Source: Corallococcus exiguus
GTDB lineage: Bacteria > Myxococcota > Myxococcia > Myxococcales > Myxococcaceae
Length of the DNA: 64,000 nt
Strand: one strand, 5' to 3'
Assembly (NCBI RefSeq): GCF_017302975.1
Contig: NZ_JAFIMT010000003.1
The notes under the pieces were generated by a model. It had not been told where the DNA came from, ran no database searches, and was given only the letters and a program-made list of their open reading frames with translations. Both the position numbers and the translations under genes were made by a program. Of the stretch, positions 8,736 to 18,023 are shown one piece after another. Each line of letters begins with the position of its first letter. Within the stretch, counting starts at the first letter, position 1.

Positions 8736-11504
8736 TCAGCCGTTGAGCACCTTCACGGCCTTCACCATGTCCGGGGCCAACTCCTCGTGTTCCACGAGGG
8801 TGAACCCCAGCTTCTTGCTGACGGCCTGCATGCCGCGGTTGCGCGTGAGGATGTCCGCGACGATGCGGCGCAGGCCCCAGTCCCTCCCAATGTCCACCAG
8901 CCGCCGCAGCAGCTCCGTGCCCAGGCCCAGCCGCTGGGCGGGGTCGCTGACGGTGATGGCGAACTCCGCGTCCTTCGTGCCGCGCAGGCGCGTGAGCCGG
9001 CCCACCGCGACAATCTCTCCCCCGCCCTTCCCGTCCGGCGACGGCCGCTCGGCGACGAGCGCCATTTCACGCGCGTAGTCGTTGAAGCAGATGCGCGCCA
9101 GGCGCTCATGGGCCACGCGCTGGCTGAGCTTCATCAGGCCCGCGTAGCGCATGAACACGGTCTGCTCGGAGAGGGCCTGGTGGAAGCGGCCCATGGCGGG
9201 CTCGTCCTCCGGGCGGATGGGGCGCACCAGGAGCTGCTCGCCGTTCTTCAGCGTGAGCACCTTCGCGTACTGGTGCGGGTACGGTTCGATGGCGAGCTTC
9301 GGCAGCGCCGAGGCCGGGACCTCCGGCGGGTGCAGCACCACGCGCGCATCCAGCGCGATGATGCGCTCGCCGGAGACGAGCAGCGGATTGATGTCCAGCT
9401 CGCGGATGAGCGGCTGCTCCACCACCAGCTGGCTGAAGCGAACCATCAGCCGCTCCAGCGCGCCCATGTCCACGGGGGCCCGGCCGCGCACGCCCTTGAG
9501 CGCGTGGTGGATGCGCGTGCGCTCCATCATGCGTCGCGCCAGCGTGGTGGTGAGGGGCGGCAGGCCCAGGGCGCGGTCCTGCATCACCTCCACCAGCGTG
9601 CCGCCCGCGCCGAAGAGCAGCACCGGCCCGAACTGCGCGTCCAGGCTGCTGCCCAGAATCAGCTCGTAGCCGTCCAGCTTCGCCATGGGCTGCACGGTGA
9701 CGCCCTGGAACGCGTCCTGGAGGCCCCGCTCCGTGAGCGCGTCGCGGATGGCGCGCCAGGCCTCCCTCACCTGCGCCTCGTCGCGCAGGTCCAACCGCAC
9801 GCCGCCCACGTCCGTCTTGTGCGTCACCGTGAGCGAGTTCAGCTTGAGCACCACGGGGAAGCCCAGCGCGCGGGCCTTCTCCACCGCCTCGTCCTCGGAC
9901 GTGGCGAGCCACGTCTCCACGGTGGGGATGCCGTAGGCGGCCAGGAGGCGCTTGGACTCGTATTCGGACAGGAGGGTGCGGCCGGAGGCGCGGGCTTCGT
10001 CCACCAGGGCGCGCGCCACGTCGCGCGCTCCGCCGGTGGGCTCCTCCGCCAGCGTGGGCGTCTCATAGAGCCCGGCGATGTTGTCCGAGTAGCGCCACAT
10101 GTAGTTGAAGACACGGGCCGCGGTGTCCGGGTAGCCGAAGGTCGGGATGCCCGCGTCGTTGAGGATGCGCTCGCCGGCGGCGACTTCCGAACCCCCCATC
10201 CAGCTGGCGAGCACGGGCTTGCCGGGCAGCTTCGCGTAGCCCTTGAGGCGGTCCGCCGTCTTGGTGGGCTCCGTCATGTCCTGCGGCGTGAGGATGACGA
10301 GCAGGCCGTCGCTGTTGGGGTCCGCGCCGGTGGTCTCCAGCGCCTTCGCGTAGCGCTCCGCGTCCGCGTCTCCCAGGATGTCCACCGGGTTGGCGTGGCT
10401 CCACGGCGGCGGCAGGAAGCCGTCCAGCTGCTTCTTGGTGTCGTCGGACAGCACGGCCAGCTCACCGCCACCGGACACAAGCGCGTCCGTGGCGAGCACC
10501 GCGGGGCCGCCCGCGTTGGTGAGCAGCGTGAGCCTGCGGCCGGAGGGCCGGGGCTGGCGGGCCAGCACCTCCGCCATGTGGAACAGGTCCTCGATGGAGT
10601 CCACGCGCAGCACGCCCGCGCGGCGGAAGGCGGCGGAGAGGACTTCGTCGCTGCCGGCGAGCGTGCCGGTGTGGGACGCGGCGGCCTGCGCGGCCTGCGC
10701 GGTGCGGCCGGCCTTGATGACGATGATGGGCTTGGTGAGGGCCACCTCGCGCGCGGCGGACAGGAAGGCGCGCGCGTCGCCGATGGACTCCATGTACAGC
10801 AGGATGGAGCGCGTCATCGGATCATCCGCGAGGAAGTCGATGAGGTCTCCCCAGCCCACGTCCAGCATGGAGCCCACGGAGACGAAGGCGCTGAAGCCCA
10901 CGGCTTCGCGGAGGCTCCAGTCGAGGATGGAGGTGAGCAGCGCGCCGGACTGGCTGATGAAGGCCACGTTGCCGGGGCGGGCCATGCCCTTGGCGAAGGT
11001 GGCGTTGAAGCCGCTCGTGGGGCGCATCACGCCCAGGCAGTTGGGGCCGATGATGCGCAGGTTCGCGGCCTGGGCAATCTGCAGCACCTCCTGCTCCAGC
11101 TTCGCGCCCTCCGGGCCCGTCTCCTTGAAGCCCGCGGAGATGATGATGGCGCCCTTGACGCCGACCTCCGCGCACTCGCGGATGATGGCCGGCACGGACT
11201 TCGCGGGCGTGACGATGACGGCCAGGTCCACGGCTTCCGGCAGCGCGCGCAACGAAGGCCACGCCTTGATGCCGAGCACGTTGGGGCGCTGCGGGTTCAC
11301 CGGGTAGACGGTGCCGCCGAACGGGCTGCTGATGAGGTTCCAGAGGACGGTGCGGCCCACGCTGCCGGGGCGCTCGCTCGCCCCCACCACCGCGACGCTG
11401 CGGGGGGAGAAGATGACCTCCAGCGGCTGACGGGTCCGCTGGTGGAGCAGGTCGATGGAAGGGTCCGTCCGGGCCGGGGGCGTGGCGGGGCGTTGCTCGT
11501 CCAT
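8736..11504 (-). CDS. Bifunctional ADP-forming acyl-CoA synthetase (CoA-binding + ATP-grasp) / GNAT acetyltransferase, Pat-like protein lysine acetyltransferase
   Basis: The N-terminus has a CoA-binding/succinyl-CoA-synthetase-like Rossmann domain ([14 protein letters not shown]). The middle is an ATP-grasp domain and the C-terminus is a GNAT domain ([30 protein letters not shown]). The start could be the ATG at 11504 or the GTG at 11567. Confidence 0.8.
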   Translation of the reverse strand: MDEQRPATPPARTDPSIDLLHQRTRQPLEVIFSPRSVAVVGASERPGSVGRTVLWNLISSPFGGTVYPVNPQRPNVLGIKAWPSLRALPEAVDLAVIVTPAKSVPAIIRECAEVGVKGAIIISAGFKETGPEGAKLEQEVLQIAQAANLRIIGPNCLGVMRPTSGFNATFAKGMARPGNVAFISQSGALLTSILDWSLREAVGFSAFVSVGSMLDVGWGDLIDFLADDPMTRSILLYMESIGDARAFLSAAREVALTKPIIVIKAGRTAQAAQAAASHTGTLAGSDEVLSAAFRRAGVLRVDSIEDLFHMAEVLARQPRPSGRRLTLLTNAGGPAVLATDALVSGGGELAVLSDDTKKQLDGFLPPPWSHANPVDILGDADAERYAKALETTGADPNSDGLLVILTPQDMTEPTKTADRLKGYAKLPGKPVLASWMGGSEVAAGERILNDAGIPTFGYPDTAARVFNYMWRYSDNIAGLYETPTLAEEPTGGARDVARALVDEARASGRTLLSEYESKRLLAAYGIPTVETWLATSEDEAVEKARALGFPVVLKLNSLTVTHKTDVGGVRLDLRDEAQVREAWRAIRDALTERGLQDAFQGVTVQPMAKLDGYELILGSSLDAQFGPVLLFGAGGTLVEVMQDRALGLPPLTTTLARRMMERTRIHHALKGVRGRAPVDMGALERLMVRFSQLVVEQPLIRELDINPLLVSGERIIALDARVVLHPPEVPASALPKLAIEPYPHQYAKVLTLKNGEQLLVRPIRPEDEPAMGRFHQALSEQTVFMRYAGLMKLSQRVAHERLARICFNDYAREMALVAERPSPDGKGGGEIVAVGRLTRLRGTKDAEFAITVSDPAQRLGLGTELLRRLVDIGRDWGLRRIVADILTRNRGMQAVSKKLGFTLVEHEELAPDMVKAVKVLNG

Positions 11505-11642
11505 GGTGCGCTCGTATTCGGTGGGTGGCCGTACCGGAGCAATCTCCGGCAGGCCCCCATCGTGCACCAGTCGTGAGGAAGGGGACGGGGCAGCGGACGT
11601 TTCCCCATCCTGTTCCTTATGCGAGCGAACGGGCGGACGCCG

Positions 11643-12536
11643 TCACGACGCGCGCGCCTGCTCCACCACCGGCTTGAGCACGGTGCTGGCGAACTCCGCC
11701 AGCGTGGTGGGCGTGGTGGTCTCCTTCGAGCGGGGCTCGGCCGGATCCATGCGCCCGTCCTGGATGGCGCCGTACATCTCCACGAAGGTGTCCGCCGCGA
11801 AAGCGGGCATGCCCGCGCCCGTCATGCCCTTGCGCAGGTCGTCCAGGCCCACCCGCACGTACTTCACGGGCTGGCCCAGCACCTGGGTGAGGATGCTGGC
11901 GACCTCCGGATAGGTGAGGTCCTTGGGCCCGTGGACGCCCACATAGCGGTGGCCCGTCCACGACGGATCCAGGAGCACCTCGGCGGCCTTGGCCGCGATG
12001 TCCGCGGTGGCGACCATGGGGAAGGCCTTCGTCTCCGGGCTCGCGCTGAAGAGCGCGCCGGCCTTCGCCAGGCCGTGCACGTCGCGCAGCAGGTTCTCCA
12101 TGAAGAAGCCCGCGCGCAGGCTGACGACGTTGGGCGCCGCCGCCTGGAAGGCCTCTTCAATGGGCTTCAGCACGGACACCGGCCCCGTGCCCGCCCCGCT
12201 CTGCGCGCCGACGCTGGAGAGGATCACCACGCGCTTCACGCCGTGCGCCTTCACGCGCTCCGCGGCCAGCCGGCCGTTGGCCTTCGCCCAGTCCTGGAAG
12301 TCCGGGCGGATGGCGGGCGGCGACAGCCAGAACAGCGCCTCCGCGCCCACGAGCGCCGCGTCCAGCGTGGCCTGCTCCTCGATGGAGCCCTGCACCACCT
12401 TCGCGCCCAGCTTCACCAGGTCCGCCACCTTCTCCGGGGTGCGCGAAATGATGGTGACCTGACGGCCCGCCTTCAGCAGCTTCTCCACGAGGGGACGACC
12501 GATGTTGCCATTCGGGGTGTTGATGACGATGGACAT
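11643..12536 (-). CDS. NmrA-family NAD(P)H-binding protein
   Basis: MSIVINTPNGNIGRPLVEKLLKAG is an N-terminal Rossmann GxxGxxG motif, and length and topology match NmrA/atypical SDR. It is divergent from a LysR gene. Confidence 0.8.
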   Translation of the reverse strand: MSIVINTPNGNIGRPLVEKLLKAGRQVTIISRTPEKVADLVKLGAKVVQGSIEEQATLDAALVGAEALFWLSPPAIRPDFQDWAKANGRLAAERVKAHGVKRVVILSSVGAQSGAGTGPVSVLKPIEEAFQAAAPNVVSLRAGFFMENLLRDVHGLAKAGALFSASPETKAFPMVATADIAAKAAEVLLDPSWTGHRYVGVHGPKDLTYPEVASILTQVLGQPVKYVRVGLDDLRKGMTGAGMPAFAADTFVEMYGAIQDGRMDPAEPRSKETTTPTTLAEFASTVLKPVVEQARAS

Positions 12537-12607
12537 GGGGTTTGCCTCCAGCGACAGCGAGATGGCGCAACAGTGCTCCCGCGTCATTCATGAGGCCACT
12601 GCATGCT

Positions 12608-13621
12608 ATGCATACACCCATGCGCCGCGCTCATGAAACCCCAGCGGCCTCCCCCGCGGAGGTCGACCTCTCCGGCATCAACCTCAACCTGATGGTGACG
12701 CTGGACGCGCTGCTGAAGGAGGCGCACGTCACCCGCGCCGCCGCGCGCGTGGGCCGCACCCAGTCCGCGATGAGCCATGCGCTCGCGCAGCTGCGGGAGT
12801 TGCTGGGCGACGCACTGCTCATCCGCGGCCGGGGCGGCATGGTGCTGACACCTCGCGCGCAGCAGCTGGCCGCGCCGCTCAAGCGGGGGCTGGCGGAGCT
12901 GCGCCGGGCCCTGCGCGACGAGCCCGCGTTCGAGCCCGCCACCGCGACCCGCCGCTTCACCGTGGCCACTCGCGACTTCTTCGGGTCAGTACTGCTGCCA
13001 GGCGCGCTGGAGCTCCTGGGCCGTGAGGCGCCCGGAGTGGACCTGTCCGTACTGCACGTGGACAGCAACACCTTCGCGGGACAACTGGAGACGGGAGAAG
13101 TGGACCTGGCCATCATCGTCGCGCCCGTGCCGACCGGGCCGGGCCTGCGCCAGCAGAAGCTACTTACCGAGGACTTCGTCTGCGTGGTGCGCAAGGACCA
13201 CCCCACCGTGCGCCGCACGCTGGACGTGGACACCTACCTGAAGCTGTCCCACATCCTCATCAGCCCCAAAGGCGACGGAGTGGGCGCGGTGGACCTGGCC
13301 CTGGCCCAGCGCGGCCTGCCTCCGCGCCGCATCGCCGTGCGCGTGCCCTACTTCCTCATCGCACCGCTGGCGGTGTCGCGCTCCAACCACATCCTCACCG
13401 CGCCCCGCCGCCTCATCGCCGAGTTCCGCGACGCGTACGAACTCCAGGTCTTCCCTCCGCCCATCCCCTTGCGCCCCTTCGACATCCTCCAGGTCTGGCA
13501 CGAGCGCTTCGACGGAGATCCCGCGCACCAGTGGCTCCGCGAACTGGTGGCGCGGTCCGTCAACACAGGGTCTGAAAACACCCGGAGTTCACGAAGGGTG
13601 CGGCGCGCGCCAGCTTCCTGA
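12608..13621 (+). CDS. LysR-family transcriptional regulator
   Basis: N-terminal wHTH (LNLMVTLDALLKEAHVTRAAARVGRTQSAMSHALAQLRE) plus a C-terminal substrate-binding domain. It is arranged divergently from the NmrA gene. Confidence 0.85.
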   Translation: MHTPMRRAHETPAASPAEVDLSGINLNLMVTLDALLKEAHVTRAAARVGRTQSAMSHALAQLRELLGDALLIRGRGGMVLTPRAQQLAAPLKRGLAELRRALRDEPAFEPATATRRFTVATRDFFGSVLLPGALELLGREAPGVDLSVLHVDSNTFAGQLETGEVDLAIIVAPVPTGPGLRQQKLLTEDFVCVVRKDHPTVRRTLDVDTYLKLSHILISPKGDGVGAVDLALAQRGLPPRRIAVRVPYFLIAPLAVSRSNHILTAPRRLIAEFRDAYELQVFPPPIPLRPFDILQVWHERFDGDPAHQWLRELVARSVNTGSENTRSSRRVRRAPAS

Positions 13622-13691
13622 CACTCGGGGGACGCGACACTGAACGTCAGTACACAGGTGGGGGAGCATCGCATGGGGGGCTTCGTGTAGG

Positions 13692-14318
13692 GTGCTCCCC
13701 ATGAATCCTGAGAAGCTTGTCTTCGCCCAGACCGTGGACGCGCTCTTCGTCCGCGCGCTGGAGAACCGCCTGACGCCAGCGTGCCGCGAGCACCTGAAGC
13801 GGGCGGGGCTGGACCTCGACAAAAAGCTGGAGCGCTCCTATTCGCTGGAGCAGTGGCGGGAATTCCTGCGAATCGCGGCGGGCCACGTCTATGGCGGCGT
13901 GCCGGCGGAGGCCGCGTACTACTCCCTGGGCGAGCGCTTCATGGACGCCTACTTCGGCACCTTCTTTGGCCGAGCGCTCCTGGGCGTGGGCCGGCTGGCC
14001 GGTCCCCGGCGGATGCTGCTGCGGGCGGACCTGGGCTTTCGCGCCGGCAACAACTTCAGTGAAATCAAAATCGTGGAGCGCAGCGCGACATCGCTGGAGC
14101 TCTGGATGAACGACGTGCTGGCGGATCAGCCGACGTTCGCGGCGGGGCTGCTCGCGCGCGCGGTGGCGCTGTGCGGGGGCTGGCGGGTGGTGGCGCTGCC
14201 GGAGGAGTTCGACGGCACGGCGGCGACGTTCCACCTGCGCTGGAGCGAGGCCTCCGCGGAAGGGGCGCTCAGCGCCACTGAGGATGGGTCCGGAGGCGAC
14301 GCTCGACCTCAGGCGTGA
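13692..14318 (+). CDS. DUF2378 (TIGR02265, Myxococcus paralogous family) protein
   Basis: About 200 aa with the pattern LVFAQTVDALF...LDLDKKLERSYSLEQWREFLRIAA typical of this myxobacteria-restricted family. Confidence 0.6.
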   Translation: MLPMNPEKLVFAQTVDALFVRALENRLTPACREHLKRAGLDLDKKLERSYSLEQWREFLRIAAGHVYGGVPAEAAYYSLGERFMDAYFGTFFGRALLGVGRLAGPRRMLLRADLGFRAGNNFSEIKIVERSATSLELWMNDVLADQPTFAAGLLARAVALCGGWRVVALPEEFDGTAATFHLRWSEASAEGALSATEDGSGGDARPQA

Positions 14319-15120
14319 GGGTGCCCCCGTGCGGGGCCCGGGAGGACGAGCGCTCCCAGCGCTCCAGCCACCGGGTCCCCAGCGGGGCGGCCAGTGTTTC
14401 ATAGCGGGTCGAGGCCACGGTGGTCTCCCCCTTGGTGCCGGTGGACACGCCGGCGCCCACGTAGAACCCCGCGAGCAGCAGCGTGACGCGGGTGGGCGTG
14501 GCCGCGCTGTAGGTCATCAGCAGGGCGCCCTCTCCGTCTTCCCGGCAGTGCCGGCGCACCCGGGCGAGGACGGCTTCGGTCCACATGTCCGGGTTGGACG
14601 CGGGTGAGAACGGATCGAAGAAGACGAGGTCCGCCAGGGGCAGCTGCGCGTCCGGCTCCAGGAAGGGCACCGCGTCCCCCAGCTTGAGGGTCCACTGGAT
14701 GCCGGGCTCGCTCCAGGCGCCGTGCTTCATGAGGCTCTCGGCGGCTTCGCGGAACGGCTGGAGGAAGGGGAAGCCCTCCGCGTCCGCGAGCGCGAGCCGC
14801 AGCGGGGCCAGGTCCACCTCGAAGCTGACGATGTGCAGGTCGCGGGCGCGGTCCGGGCCCAGTTCCCGGGCGCGGGTGAGCGCGGCGACGGCGTTGGTGG
14901 CGGCGCCCAGGCCCACGTCATGGATGACGAGCGGCGGGCCGGGCTGGCGCAGGCGGTCCGCGAGGCCGGGCTGGTCGACGTAGAGGCGCAGGGCCTCCTG
15001 CCACGGGCCCACCGCGGGATGCATGACCTCGCCATGGCCCAGGTGGCGCACGGCGCGGTGGCCGTTGCGAAGGGTGACGAGCTCGAAGTCGCCGTCGCGC
15101 GGATGGGAGGGCTCGGACAT
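14269..15120 (-). CDS. MnmC-like SAM-dependent methyltransferase domain protein (DUF752; tRNA mnm5s2U-type methyltransferase domain, standalone)
   Basis: ...DVGLGAATN...LHIVSFE...FFDPFSPASNPDMWTEAVLARV...GALLMTYSAA matches the MnmC methyltransferase domain signature (DGFAPAKNPDMW in E. coli). It was recovered as the 3' 283 codons of the 573-aa ORF, with the ATG at 15118-15120. Confidence 0.7.
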   Translation of the reverse strand: MSEPSHPRDGDFELVTLRNGHRAVRHLGHGEVMHPAVGPWQEALRLYVDQPGLADRLRQPGPPLVIHDVGLGAATNAVAALTRARELGPDRARDLHIVSFEVDLAPLRLALADAEGFPFLQPFREAAESLMKHGAWSEPGIQWTLKLGDAVPFLEPDAQLPLADLVFFDPFSPASNPDMWTEAVLARVRRHCREDGEGALLMTYSAATPTRVTLLLAGFYVGAGVSTGTKGETTVASTRYETLAAPLGTRWLERWERSSSRAPHGGTLTPEVERRLRTHPQWR

Positions 15121-15168
15121 GGGGCTCCTGGCCTGGAGGGGATGTGTGGGAAAGGATGGGTGCCTAGC

Positions 15169-16164
15169 ATGACGACTCCAGGGCAGGAACATCGGGGCGC
15201 GCTTCACGGGGAGGACGTCCGGCACGGGGAGGCTCCGTTCGAGGGCGGCCAGGTGAGGCTGTCGCTGCGCGTGGAGGCAGGAACGCGCACGGTCTTGGCG
15301 GCCGCGTGGGAGGCGTCGGTGGAAGCCTCGGTGGACGCGGGGCATCCGCTGGCGGCGTGCCTGGAGTCGCTGTGCCAGAACGCGGTGGGCATGGCGGTGG
15401 ACGTGTTCCTGCGCTTCGACGACTTCCACTTGCGCGCGGGGTGTCCGGACGGGCTGGAGGCGACGGAGGAGGCGGGGCTGGCGGTGCGGGTGTTCCGGCT
15501 GGCCTTCAGCCAGTTCCACCCTCGGGCCACGGGGCCCGCGTATCTGTCGAGCGGACTGGTGCTGGCGAAGCTGCCCCGGGGCGCGAGTCCGGAGTGGGAC
15601 GAGCCGGGGTTCTACTTCGCGCACTACTACCGCGAAGAGCTGTGGGCCGCGGCGGTGGAGGAGGCGCGCCGGGGCGGCGTGCTGGGACCGCGAGCGGCGT
15701 GTGCGTACATCGATGCGCTGCTGGCGAAGGCGGATGACACGGTGGAGCTGGACTGGCCCGTGGAGCAGGGCACGGCGACCTGGGACTGGTTGACGCGCGT
15801 GTGCCTGCCGGCGGTGACGGGGGGCGCGGAGCGGACAAGGCGGTTGCTGGAAGGGGGGTACGGGGGCGCGAGCGGCACGGGGAGCTTCCCCTTCGGGCAC
15901 CTGGACGGAGGGTTTTGGCATCCGCCGGTGGGGCTGCCGGAGCCCGAGGACGTGGGGCACGCGGAGTTCATCCTCGGGGATTTGGAGCACCTGTTGCCGG
16001 AGCTGCCGAAGGACGGCGTGTTGCTGGCCGCGCCCCGGTGGATGGCGGTGGGACAGACACAGGACTCCCCTGCCCTGCGCCGGGCGGACATCTCAAGTGA
16101 GGAGGCCGGGGGCTTCGGCCTGTTCAACGCGGCGGCGCACGACGTGGGTGAAGACGATGATTGA
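15169..16164 (+). CDS. Hypothetical protein (acidic, Trp-rich)
   Basis: Clean ORF from the ATG at 15169 with coding-like composition. The 5' part of the 480-aa track ORF was rejected. Confidence 0.5.
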   Translation: MTTPGQEHRGALHGEDVRHGEAPFEGGQVRLSLRVEAGTRTVLAAAWEASVEASVDAGHPLAACLESLCQNAVGMAVDVFLRFDDFHLRAGCPDGLEATEEAGLAVRVFRLAFSQFHPRATGPAYLSSGLVLAKLPRGASPEWDEPGFYFAHYYREELWAAAVEEARRGGVLGPRAACAYIDALLAKADDTVELDWPVEQGTATWDWLTRVCLPAVTGGAERTRRLLEGGYGGASGTGSFPFGHLDGGFWHPPVGLPEPEDVGHAEFILGDLEHLLPELPKDGVLLAAPRWMAVGQTQDSPALRRADISSEEAGGFGLFNAAAHDVGEDDD

Positions 16165-16897
16165 TGGGCGCCTCCTGGGTGGGCTGGTGGCTCTGATCTG
16201 TCTGTCGTGCGCTTCGGGTCCAAGGCAGTACGCGCAGACCACGGACTCCGCGACCAATGGATGTCTGCGCAATCCCACCTGCTACACGCAGCCGGGGGAT
16301 GAGGCGTTCCTCCCGTGGGTGGACAAGGCCGTGAGGGCAGCGGCTTCCGCGGGAGCCACGATGAAGCTCCTGGAGGCGGCGGATGTGGCCCGCATCGAGC
16401 ACCTGTTGGTGGAGTGCGCCAAGGAAGCGGACTTCATCGTCAATGAGCGTGAGTACGGCGAGGGGAAGTATCCGGACGACAAGGAGTGCTTGCGCGTGGT
16501 TGGCCAGGACAAGGACGGCAAACCCATTTGGCGGCAAGCAGAGCTGGGGAAGTTGAAACACGCGGTTGCCTTCGCATGCGTTCAGCGAGAAGTCCGTCGA
16601 CTCTTTCCCGATAACGTCTCAATCGAGCCTCGCTACGGGACCTCCCCTACGTCAGGTGGCCCCACAATGACGAACATATGGAAGGGCTCGAAGAAGCCCG
16701 ACATCGTCCTTCATGCCACTGGCCAGCCACTCCAGATCCAATGCATTTTCGACCTCAAGTTCCCGTGCACGCTGAAAAGCAAGGGCGACCCCCTCTCCAA
16801 CGACGGAACCCGTGAACAAATGTCCCGCTACGCGGAGCTGAGAGGAAAGTGCAAGCCCGCGATCATCACGCCCCAGTTTGGAGTCTTGCGTGAATAA
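16157..16897 (+). CDS. Cys-rich lipoprotein of unknown function (candidate exported toxin-like protein)
   Basis: MIDGRLLGGLVALICLSCASG carries a lipobox, and the mature protein has at least 10 Cys. GC is locally lower, and the gene is translationally coupled to the next gene (overlap GTGAATAA). Confidence 0.6.
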   Translation: MIDGRLLGGLVALICLSCASGPRQYAQTTDSATNGCLRNPTCYTQPGDEAFLPWVDKAVRAAASAGATMKLLEAADVARIEHLLVECAKEADFIVNEREYGEGKYPDDKECLRVVGQDKDGKPIWRQAELGKLKHAVAFACVQREVRRLFPDNVSIEPRYGTSPTSGGPTMTNIWKGSKKPDIVLHATGQPLQIQCIFDLKFPCTLKSKGDPLSNDGTREQMSRYAELRGKCKPAIITPQFGVLRE

Positions 16898-17894
16898 GTA
16901 TCCGCTCCTTCAACACTTCTCCACGACGCTCCCCCGGGTCCAACTGGTCCTGCGCATCGTGTTCTATCTGCCGCATGACCACCGAGTGTTGGCCCCCGTC
17001 CTACGACAGGTCCTCAACACCTATCTTGGATTCATTGCGGCCAGTGGTGGGGCACTGACCTCTGGCTATGATCCCGACATCAGTGAGGATTCCTTCCCAC
17101 TCACTCCTGACACCTGGGAAGAGGTCCACACGGAGTTGGAGAAGGCTCGCTTTGGGCCTCTGGAGGACATGGACCAGGACTCCTTCTGGTTTTGGACCCT
17201 GACCAAGAGGAACTACGACACATGGGTTCTTCTCAAGGGAGGACATTCGGAGCCAGATGGCTACGAATTCAGTTTCGAGTCTCGGATCCCATGGAGAGAA
17301 CCCACTTCCGAGCACAGCGTTCTGAGCGTGAAGCTCCCAATAAGCTTCCTGGAGACGCAGGGGCCCGAGAAGGCCTTTGCACTGGCACGGTCCCTGGCGG
17401 AGCTTCTTCCGTTCTCCACGGGCCATGCCGGGCTGTCGCTCTCATTCACGCGCGGGAGGTCGAAGCTCCTTCCCCTTCTCAAGGAGCAGCTGTCCAGGCA
17501 TCCCGGCTGGCACGTTCCGCCTCCGCTGACGTGGGGCTTGGGACCGTGGATCGACGACGTGCACTGGCTGAACTTCCTGGGCCCTCCCCTGCTCGAAACC
17601 GTTGGCGGCATCCAGGCGCTTCGCTCGCACCTGAGCCATCCGGAGACCACCGTCCAGGAGCTCACCGGAGGCCGTGCCCTGATCAGCCTGGGCGCCGAGC
17701 CGCTCGCGGGGGACACAAAACGGGGTGAGACACTGCCGGCGTATCGCGAACTGGCCCGGTTCCTGGAGCCCTGGCTCCTGCCCTTCCCCCACGTCAACAC
17801 CTGGGACGGCTACACCGACGACGAGGCCCGCCTCTGGTGGCGCCGCTTCCTGGAGGGCCCTCCCGAAAAGATATCCGTTCCACGGGATGGGTAA
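16890..17894 (+). CDS. Hypothetical cytoplasmic protein coupled to upstream lipoprotein (candidate immunity-like partner)
   Basis: A GTG start overlaps the upstream stop by 8 nt. There is no signal peptide, and it shares the lower-GC segment. Confidence 0.55.
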   Translation: MNKYPLLQHFSTTLPRVQLVLRIVFYLPHDHRVLAPVLRQVLNTYLGFIAASGGALTSGYDPDISEDSFPLTPDTWEEVHTELEKARFGPLEDMDQDSFWFWTLTKRNYDTWVLLKGGHSEPDGYEFSFESRIPWREPTSEHSVLSVKLPISFLETQGPEKAFALARSLAELLPFSTGHAGLSLSFTRGRSKLLPLLKEQLSRHPGWHVPPPLTWGLGPWIDDVHWLNFLGPPLLETVGGIQALRSHLSHPETTVQELTGGRALISLGAEPLAGDTKRGETLPAYRELARFLEPWLLPFPHVNTWDGYTDDEARLWWRRFLEGPPEKISVPRDG

Positions 17895-18023
17895 CCGCGC
17901 CGGATTTTTTCACGCATTGCCCCAGCACCCGGCGCACTGATAATCCGCAACCCGGAGTGTTCACGTCGAGCGGCAGGCCGACGGTCGTGGTCGCGCCAGC
18001 CCTCGCGGATCGGGGTTTCATCG

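Noticed and set aside
8787-11576. 929-aa plus-strand ORF
   Set aside because: It is antisense to the well-supported Pat-like gene. The protein is low-complexity R/A/G/H.
12537-12607. LysR box (T-N11-A) in the NmrA/LysR divergent intergenic region
   Set aside because: A regulatory site is expected here, but I could not identify a convincing dyad by eye.
14722-15168. 5' 149 codons of the 480-aa plus ORF
   Set aside because: It overlaps the MnmC-like gene on the other strand and has poor composition. Only the part from the ATG at 15169 was kept.
15121-15990. 5' 290 codons of the 573-aa minus ORF (Arg/Pro/His-rich)
   Set aside because: It is antisense to the 15169-16164 ORF and has a junk profile. 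The real gene starts at MSEPSHP (15120).
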